A stretch of 64,000 nt of DNA, taken from NCBI RefSeq assembly GCF_009914755.1, contig NC_060928.1. One strand, 5' to 3'. This document shows positions 41,465 to 64,000 of this stretch, in pieces. The stretch's first letter is position 1; each line of letters opens with the position of its first letter. The DNA is from the human T2T-CHM13v2.0 reference genome, Homo sapiens. The notes beneath the pieces are model-generated. The model saw nothing but the letters and a program-made list of their open reading frames with translations. It did not search any database and was not told the origin of the DNA. A program made the position numbers and the translations under genes.

Positions 41465-42256
41465 TGATCTGCCCTCCTTGGCCTCCCAAAGTGCTGGAAT
41501 TAACAGGTGTGAGCCCCCTCGCCCTGCCTGTATGTTAACTTTATATATTTTACTTTACTGAATTTTATTGTTTGAGTCTTACTGTTGATTCTCTGGGGTT
41601 TTCCAGGCATTCTATTATATATGTGTACAAATAGAGAAAGTTTTACTTCTACTTTTTCAATTCTTACGCCTCTAATTGTTGGCTTTTACTTAACTGCATC
41701 TTTTCTGATCTTAACAGAAATGTCTCTGGTGTTTCCACATTAAGTAAGATGTTGGCTTTAGGGTTAAGGTTTATATATTATAAGATAATTATTTAAAATT
41801 AGCCACATTAAAAAAATTTAATGTTAAAAAAAAATCCAGCGATTCCTCATCTCTTGAGTGTTTTTCATTAGGAATGGGTGTTATGGGTGTTAAACTTCAA
41901 AGGTTTTCTAGCATCTGTGGAGATAACCATGATGTTTCTCCTTAGATGTATTAATACGATGTTTTACATTATTTGATTTTTAAGTATTGAACTGAACTTG
42001 AATTCCTGGAATAAAGCTCACTTGATTATGGTATATCCTTTTGTTTTGGAATCTGTTTACATTATTTAATATATTTACATCTATATTATTTTTAGGAGAG
42101 ATGGGTCTGTGACTTCCGTTTTTGTTCTGTCTGTATTAGCTTTGAGTATCAATATTATACTTGCCTCATAAAAAGAATTAGGAAGTTTTTGGCTGGGCAC
42201 GGTGGCTCATGCCTATAATCCCAGCATTTTGGAAAGCCGAGGAGGGGTGCGGATCA

Positions 42257-42523
<267 letters not shown>

Positions 42524-42907
42524 TCAGTGATCTGGAACAATTCACATTGGGACCATCCAGGCTTTAAAGGTTTGATAGAAATCCCTTTGCAAGCCCCCTG
42601 GACCTGGTGTGTTTTCTGTGGTCCTTGCTAGCAGTCTTCTCTCCTCTCTGGAAATTATTCTATCTCTAGTGAGGTTAATTTTGGTAAACCATCTTTCTGT
42701 AGTAAATTATTCTTTTCAACTAGATTTTCAAATTTATTTGCATAGATGTCTGCAAGGTAGTCTAGTCATAGTTTTAAATTTCTTTGCAATGATTATTTTC
42801 GCCTGTCATTTCTTAGTTTGTGTATTTTTCCTTTCTCCCTATTTTGCTTAAGTTAATAGTTTATGTATTTTGTTAGTTTTTTAAAATCATCTGAGTTTAT
42901 TATTTAG

Positions 42908-43174
<267 letters not shown>

Positions 43175-43522
43175 TGATCCACCCGCCTTGGCCTCCCAAA
43201 GTGCTGGGATTACAGGTGGGAGCCACTGTGCCTAGCTTACTGTTTTTCTTTACCTCCTTTCTTTCTTTTTTATTTTTTATTTTAAGACAGAGTCTCACTC
43301 ATGTTGCCCAGGCTGGAGTGCAGTGGCACACTCACAGCTCACTGCAACCTCAACTTCCCTGGGCTCGGGTGATCCTCCCCACTCACCTTCTCAAGTAGGT
43401 GGTACCACAGGTGGGCACCACCACACTCGGCTAATTTTTTTGTAGTTTTTGTAGGAACAGCATTTTGCCAGATTGTCCAGGCTGGTCTCAAACTCCTGGT
43501 CTCAAGCCATCTGCCCACCTAG

Positions 43523-43798
<276 letters not shown>

Positions 43799-43967
43799 TA
43801 GTAGAGACGGGGTTTCACCATGTTAGCCAGGATGGTCTCGATCTCCTGACCTTGTGATCCACCCACCTTGGCCTCCCAAAGTGCTGGGATTACAGGCGTG
43901 AGCCACCACGCCCGGCCACTGTGCTTTCTTTTGTTTTACTTTCTTGGGGTTTTTTCTAACTTTTTAA

Positions 43968-44760
<793 letters not shown>

Positions 44761-45567
44761 TTAAATTTCCAAGAGGAGAAACTTTGTTGTTGTTAATAAT
44801 TTACAGGTTTTTTTCATTGTGATCAGAGAATATTGCTTTTGTTTTGCAAAACCTATTGATACTTTCTGAGGCCCAGTGTATGTCAGCTTTTGTAACTCCT
44901 CCATGTGTACTTGATAGAAGTGTATTTTCTTGGGTCTTGGTATAGAGTTCACTGTGTGTGTGTGTATATATATGTACGTATGTATTTACATATGGAGATA
45001 CATATATGTATACACCTCCATGATACATTAATTCTGTTGTTTAGTCTTCTGTATATCCTTATTTTGTGTCCTCATGGCCTGTCTTCTGTGGCTTATTATT
45101 AATATGTTTCTGTGTTTTCTTGCATCTCCTGTTTCCGTGTTGTTTGGTGCACATTCCTGTTATATATTTTTAGTTACTTGTGGCTTTTTGTGTTGAGAAG
45201 CGGCCACGTTCTGGTCGTGCTTTGTGCCTGCGGCCTAAGTCCTGCTCTGTCTGCGTTGTGACTGCTGCCCCTGCTCTCCTTCGGCCCATTTGCCTGACGA
45301 GACAGCCTTGTCCTTGGCCCTTTGTTTCCAGCCTTTTTCTGAGTGCCTTGGTTTTAGGACGTTCTCTTGTGTGAAGCAAACCTGAGGCTTGCTTTGTGAG
45401 CCAAATTGAAAATCTTCTTTTCAGTCAGTTAAGCCCATTCACACTTAGTGATATAACTATGTGGTTGGTCTCAACCCTGTCATTATTTTATAATTTCTGT
45501 ATTTTCTATTTACTGTTTTGTTTTTTGGGTTTTTTTAAAATGTGTTGTGGGGTTTTTTGCTTTTTTA

Positions 45568-45920
<353 letters not shown>

Positions 45921-45961
45921 TCAGCACTTTGGGAGGCCGAGGGGGGCAGATCATGAGGTCA

Positions 45962-46217
<256 letters not shown>

Positions 46218-47825
46218 CTAGTGCATTCCTATAGACTTGCATACCCCACTCATGCTCCTTGGGCCTGGGTTCCCTGTGTACCCCCTCGTGGCCTGCTGTG
46301 TTGGCATTAGGGGGTCCTCTGACACCCACTCATTGCCTCCACAGCAGGCAGTGAGTGAATTCCATTCTTTGTGTTTTCTCTTTCCTGTCTCCCTGTCTCT
46401 CCTCTTCCCATTTTTTGTTGGTGGTGTTTCTGCTCTGTCAGAACACACGGTATTCTTAGGTACACAATTTACTACAACAGGGCTCCCGCTTGCCTCTGCT
46501 GAGTGTTCCCAGGTGTCTTCAGGTTGGTGAAGCTCATCCTCAGGCAGTGGCCTTGAGTAGGGCCACAGAATTCTCTGAGTTCTGGAGAAGTAAACTTTGA
46601 CCTGTTGTGTTGTCAATGAACAGATAGTTTGGTTGGATATAAAATCCTTGGATCAACTGATTTCTCCTGTTTAATATAGTGTGGTTGTTGTAAAAAAATT
46701 TTTTCCTGATACCAAATTGGTTAAAGTTGTGTTTCCTGTTTTTCTTACACCAAGATTTTATAGACTGATTATTCTAGTTCTAGTCAGGAAAAGAGAGTAT
46801 TAGAAATCTATTATGACAGCACTTCCAGCAGACATGCCAGCTCTTTTTCCTCCTCAAGTTGGAGCTCTTTTCTTCTAGAACTTCTTGTGGGCGGCTGCTG
46901 ACATCATGCTTTCTTAGATCTTCACTTTTTGTACATCTGTAAATGCTCCGGCCCTCTCTCACCCTTGCTTGTGCATCAGTTTCCTGCATCAGCAGACGGT
47001 GTTCTGTGCTTCCTTTCTGCTGCTTGAGTTTTTAAAAATCGAGACTCAGAATGCTTTCCCATGCCCTGAAGCACCTCTCTGTACAAACATGTGGAGCCTG
47101 CTGTGGCTGGGGGCTGTCCTCACTCTCCAGTCACATCCGCTATTCTGTGCCAGGATTGAGCTATTGGCTGCGTTTCCTTTAACCTAATCTTTCCCTTCCT
47201 CCTGAGTGTAGATTACCAAAGGTTGACTTTCCCAGGCCTTTCCCTGAACACACCCAGCCTTCATTCCTAGACCACCCAGTCCCAGTGGCACCAGTGATTG
47301 TGGCCTCCACCCCGCTGTGTGCCCTCAGGGATACAGTTGGGATCCGAGATAGCCAAGGCTGTCATAGAGCAGGTCCCTAGAGAGAGACTCCTAAGTGACA
47401 TGTCTGTGAACAAACACACTTGAAAGCACTTGCCTGGTGCTGTGTGAGTTGTCAAAAATATTAGCTGCTATTATGCGAGTAAAACGTGCCTCATGCTACC
47501 ATGGAAATTCCCCAGTGGTAGAAAGAAATGGAGTGTTTATTAAAGGTTCTGAAAAATTGTCCCGTGTTGAGGGCTGCAGGGAAATGGAGACTCACCTTTA
47601 ACAAAGAAATGTCAGTGGCTCCTGTCCTCTTTGTTCACATCGATGAGGCTGAATGCTGTGTGCACTGCACCCCCCCAACCCCGCCCCAGCCCAGATGTGT
47701 GCTGCTGGACCCTCTTTGATACTTAAGGCTCACATAAGCCTCCGGGAATGTATTCACGATTGAATTAGATAAGTGACCAGAACAGAACAGAGAAGTAGAA
47801 ATTCTCAAACTTGCCTGAGAGTCTA

Positions 47826-48119
<294 letters not shown>

Positions 48120-48757
48120 TCAGGAGGCTGAGGCAGGAGGATTACTTGAGCCTGGAAGATGGAGGTTCCAGTGAGCCGAGATCATGCCTGGGTGACAGAA
48201 TGAGACTTCATATAAAAAAAAGAAAAAAGTTTTTGATGAAATCTCTGGATGTCATATGGGTGAGATGAATGCCTGGGAGAACCACCTTCCTGTAGGGTTG
48301 ATGTCTGGGTCCTCTTCCTGTCAAGGGCACATTCGAGGGACAGCCCTTTCCTTAACATGGGCCTGCCCCCTGGGCAGCTTCTGCTGGCAGCTGTGCTCTG
48401 CCTGACTCCAACGGAGACTTAGGGCAGTCCCTGGGCTTGCGTGCGAATTAGATTTCTGGGAATCTTCTTGCTAAAGGGCTCTCTGATGGGCTGCCTGTCA
48501 TATAATGACCAGTCACATGGGGAGTCTAGGTTCTGGCAAACATGTCTTCTAACGGGACCTGAAGCCACAGTTGCTTTGCTTAGTGGACATGTGAGTTCTG
48601 CAGTTTCCAGGTCAGACCTGGGTGTTCATAAGCACACCAAAGAGATCTGTCCTCTAAAATCTCATTTTAGAAAAAATGTTTACAATTTTTGAAGTTGTTT
48701 AAATTGAGCGAAGACAAATGATTTCTTCCGTTCTGATAAGATAGCCTGCTGCTGTAA

Positions 48758-48871
<114 letters not shown>

Positions 48872-49422
48872 TAAATGTGGAGGCTGTGTCTGAAACCGTG
48901 GTGACTGTGTGCTTGCCATACATGTTTGGTTTTCTGTCTTTCCATGGCACTTCTAGTTGTCTTGGACGAAGTTACATCAAGCAAGCCAGACAACATGGCT
49001 TCTGAAGAGCCTTGTAGTAGGACAGGCCAGCCACACACACCCCTCCCATACTCCCAACACTCACACAATCACTTCTGCTCCCCCTCACATGCTAGAAAAA
49101 TAGTTGATGGCAGTGGCTTCCCCCCCACCCTTCCCCGCCAACTGGCTGTTGCGCTTCTGAGGCGGTGGCTCTCCAGGTGTCCTGGGCCAGCAGCGTCTCC
49201 TGGGGATACAGGCCCCTACTTAGACCTGTCGGATCAGATTCTGGGAAGGGGCCGGCATCTACGTTCTTGACAGCCTTCCGGGTGACCCTCACATATGCTG
49301 ATGGTTGAACACACTGGAGTGGTATGCTTTTGAGAAGAAAAGTAACATTTTACATACTTGCTGTTTTCCTGATGGGCAAGTTTTATCAGTGCTTGTTCTA
49401 TAATGTTTTAACTACTATGTGA

Positions 49423-49766
<344 letters not shown>

Positions 49767-50139
49767 TGAGACAGAGTCTCTGTCACCCAGGCTAGAGTGC
49801 AATGTTGTGATCTGGGCTCACTGCAATCCCCACCTCCTACGTTCAAGCGATTCTCCTGCCTCAGCCTCCTGACTAACTAGGATTACAGGGGCCTGCCACC
49901 ACGCCTGGCTAATTTTTGTATTTTTGGTGGAAACAGGGTTTTGCTATGTTGGCCAGGCAGGTCTCAAACTCTTGACTTTAAGTGATGCACTCACCTCAGC
50001 CTCCCAAAGTGCTGAGATTACAGGTGTGATTAAGCGTGCATTTGTATTATAATAAAAACAACAAAACTGGACTAGAGGCTGCGCCTGGTGGCTCACACCT
50101 GTAATCCCAACACTTTGGGAGGCCAAGACAGGCAGATCA

Positions 50140-50432
<293 letters not shown>

Positions 50433-50729
50433 TCACTTGAACCTAGGAGTTTGAGGTTGCAGTGAACTATGATCACGGCACTTGCACTCTAGCCTGGGCA
50501 ACAGAGCAAGACCCTGTCTGAAAAAAAAAAAAAAAAAATTCCCCGAGTAGCTGGGATTACAGGCGCCTGCCACCACACCCAGCTAATTTTTTTATTTTTA
50601 GTAGAGACGAGGTTTCACCATGTTGGCCAGGCTAATCTTGAACTCCTGACCTCAGGTGATCCACCCCCCCTTGGCCTCCCAAAGTCCTGGGATTACAGGT
50701 GTGAACCACCACGCCCAGACTGTCAAAAT

Positions 50730-54850
<4,121 letters not shown>

Positions 54851-56349
54851 CTAGGGCTGTGACTACCTCTTGGGAGAGGACAGCACGGCGCCACGGTTAG
54901 CAGTGTCAGGTTTTGTGACCTGGGGGTGCTGTGACTCAGGATTCTCCCTGCTGGTTATGTGGCTGTCCTGTGTGTCAGACACCGTGTGCATGTCTCACGT
55001 AGTCTGCAGTCGACAAAACAGGCCTGATGCAGAGGCCACTGTGTCTCGGGTGCAGGTGGTGTGGGGAGGGACAAAGCCAGGTCACACTGGGCCTGGGACC
55101 TTAGAGAGCAGCGTGAGCTCTGTGCCCATGCTGCAAGAACCTGTGGAAGCTGTGCAGTGGTTTGGATTGGATTTCTTCCTTGAATGGCTTGGAGCAGGAA
55201 TGTGGTTGATGTTCTTGAGCATTCTATTCCAGCTGCTGTGTCCAGAAGGGGCTGGGGGACAGGGTCACACATGCACTAATGGAAACAGGATTAGTGATTG
55301 TCAGAGTTAGGAGGGGACAGCAGAGGCAGAAGGTAACATCACAAACTCAGGGCTTGACCAGCTAGGGACAGGGAAAGAGAATTTGGATTCTGGGAGATGA
55401 CACAGTCAGCCCTTCCAGTTTAGGGGAGTGAGGGGATCAGTCTCATAGAGGCTGCAAGGCAAGAACGCTGTTGGGCATTCACGAATGTTTGTGGTTGAAT
55501 AAACAAGCCACAGTTTAAGCAACCATAATTAAACCTAATGGATGGGTGACAGTAATAACCATTTTCAGGTTTCATTCAAGTTTAGAGACAAATAAGTAAG
55601 TAAGTAAGAGACAGGGTTTTGCCACATTGCCCAGGCTGGTCTGGAACTCTGGAGCTCAGAGGATTCTCAAACCTTCCAGAGTGCTGGGATTGCAGGAATG
55701 AGCCACCACACCTGGTCCAGTGTTTCAATTTTGCTTACAAAAGTATACTTTAGGCCGGGCGCAGTGGCTCGCACCTGTAATCCCAGCACTTTGGGAGGCC
55801 AAGGCAGGAGGATCACGAGGTCAGGAGATCGAGACCATCCTGGCTAACACGGTGAAACCCCACCTCTACTAAAAATACAAAAAAATTAGCCGGGTGTGGT
55901 GGCAGGTGCCTGTAGTCCCAGCTAGTCAGGAGGCTGAGGCAGGAGAATGGCGTGAATCCAGGAGGCGGAAGTTGCAGTGAGCCAACATCACGCCACTGCA
56001 CTCCAGCCTGGGCAACAGAGCGAGACTCTGTCTCAAACCAAAAAACAGTATCCTTTAGGCCAGGCACGGTGGCTCATGCCTGTAATCCCACTTTGGGAGG
56101 CCAAGGCGGGTGGATCATGAGGTCAGGAGTTCAAGACCATTCTGGCCAAAGATGTTGAAACCCCCTCTCTACTGAAAATACAAAAATTAGCAAGATGTGG
56201 TGGTGGGTGCCTGTAATCCCAGCTGCTCGGGAGGCTGAGGCAGAGATTTGCTTGAACCCAGGAGGCGGAGGTTGCAGTGAGTTGAGATCGTGCCACTGCA
56301 CTCCAGCCTGGGCAACAGAGCAAGACTCCGTCTCAAAAAAAAAAAAAGT

Positions 56350-61650
<5,301 letters not shown>

Positions 61651-61742
61651 AAACTTTTTTTTTTTTTTTTTTTTTTTTTTGGTGGGAGCACAAAGTCTGG
61701 TTCTGTCCGTCCAGGCCGTAGTGCAGTGGCGCATTCTCAGTT

Positions 61743-62438
61743 TGTTACAGTGGGTAGCTAGTCAGGTGTGAGCAGGGCAGGGGAGGGCCTCCTCCATCCA
61801 CCAGGGATGTCAGGTGACCATCAGGTGATGGTTAGGCAGTTGTCACACTGCCTCTCTAAAATAATAATTGGTCATAGCCAGCACCAGGGAAACTGAAGCT
61901 GGTGATCAGCAGCTTCCCGATAAGATCTCAGGAATTGGGCAAGTGGGCTCAAGCATGTGCACTAAGGCACAGAATGGTGGAGTTTAACTGGTGTGTGACC
62001 TTCCAGGTACTTTACACCGGGAAGGGAAGATCGCCTCAGGTGAGCATGCGCATGCTCCAGTAAACACACTACGCATGCTCCCTCCCAAGTGCTAGCAGGC
62101 CAGTGTGTGTGCAGGCAGCCCACCCCAAGGGAGGAATTGGGAGAAGGGACGCGAGGCCCTGAAGTATGCCAACACCTAGAACCCTACATCAGAGGCCGGA
62201 TGGGGCACTTGCCTCTCGAGTTGCCCACTTGGCCTCTTCCAAGTGCACTTTCCTTCCTTTTGTTTCTGCTCTAGAGCTTTGTAATGAACTTCCACTCCTG
62301 TTCTAAAACTTGCCTCAGTCTCTTCTTCTGCCTTATGGCCTTTGGTCAGATTCTTTCGTCTGAGGAGGCAATAATTGAGGCTGCTGCAGACACATACGGA
62401 TTCGCCACCGGCAACTCAGGTACCTGCCACCGGCAACA
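61743..62438 (+). mobile_element. MER50-like ERV1 solo LTR inserted into an antisense Alu
   Basis: 696 bp, starting tgttacagtgggtagctagtcagg and ending ccggcaaca. Alu sequence resumes collinearly on both sides (gtgcagtggcgcattctcagtt | ggctcgctcagcctc). Confidence 0.75.
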
Positions 62439-62535
62439 GGCTCGCTCAGCCTCTGCCCACCAGGCTGAAGCCATGCTCCCACCACAGCCTCCCGAGTAGC
62501 TAGGACCACAGGTGTGCGCCACCACACCTGGCTAA

Positions 62536-62847
<312 letters not shown>

Positions 62848-63260
62848 TAAAGATGGAGTCTCACTGTGTTGCACGGGCTGGTCTCAAACGCCTGGGTTCA
62901 AGTGATTCTCCAACCTCAGCCTCCCAAAGTAGTAGGAAAACAGGCATGAGCCACCATGGCCAGCTTCAGATCTCCTCTTTGGTGTCAGTTTCAGGAAGGA
63001 AAAACCAAGAAACAAGAATGTTGACTATTTGCCTGGCTAAGACCTGACACAGGAATCCTTTTAAACAGCTTTAGAGTTGAAAGTTGACTTAATTAGAAGC
63101 TGATATTTAGGATATATGTGTATACAATTTTTTCGAGGCCTCTGCTTTCTATAAAAGCTTCTTGGAGGCCGGGCGCGGTGGCTCACGACTGTAATCCCAG
63201 CATTTTGCGAGGCCGAGGAGGGCAGATCACAAGGTCAGGATATTGAGAGCATCCTGGCTA

Positions 63261-63664
<404 letters not shown>

Positions 63665-63668
63665 CTAG

Positions 63669-63773
<105 letters not shown>

Positions 63774-63954
63774 TGAAACCCTCTTTCTACTAAAAATACA
63801 AAAATCAGCTGGACGTGGTGGTGGGCACCTGTAATCCCAGCTACTTGGGAGGCTGAGGCAGGAGAATCACTTCAACGTGGGAGGCGGAGGCTTCAGTGAG
63901 CTGAGATTGTGCCATTGCACTCTAGCCTGGATGACAAGAGCGAAACTCCTTCTC

Positions 63955-63985
<31 letters not shown>

Positions 63986-64000
63986 GGTGTGGTGGTACAT

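Overview
Human (hominid) genomic DNA covering the 3' half of the FAM193A gene on the + strand. Eight coding exons can be reconstructed (4895-5146, 22271-22469, 23463-23735, 26348-26636, 27708-27891, 29125-29355, 32444-33308, 48789-48870). They splice in one continuous frame, and the last encodes the start of the conserved FAM193 C-terminal domain. The first exons and the stop-containing exon were not found and appear to lie outside the window. The introns are dominated by Alus, old L1 remnants, MIR/L2, a MER33 DNA transposon and MaLR/ERV1 LTRs. Almost all short ORFs in the supplied track are repeat artefacts. I found no new gene system. The most notable points concern splicing and repeat evolution: (1) a constitutive-looking GC-AG intron; (2) a frame-preserving 123-nt Alu-derived cassette exon with a GC donor, inserted just before the conserved C-terminal domain; (3) a nearby inverted Alu pair whose right arms are 120/124 identical and share private variants, suggesting gene conversion and a strong RNA hairpin; (4) a 40-bp direct repeat flanking one exon; (5) a sense MER50-like LTR nested in an Alu with a degenerate polyA signal. 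Repeat boundaries and subfamily names are by eye and approximate.
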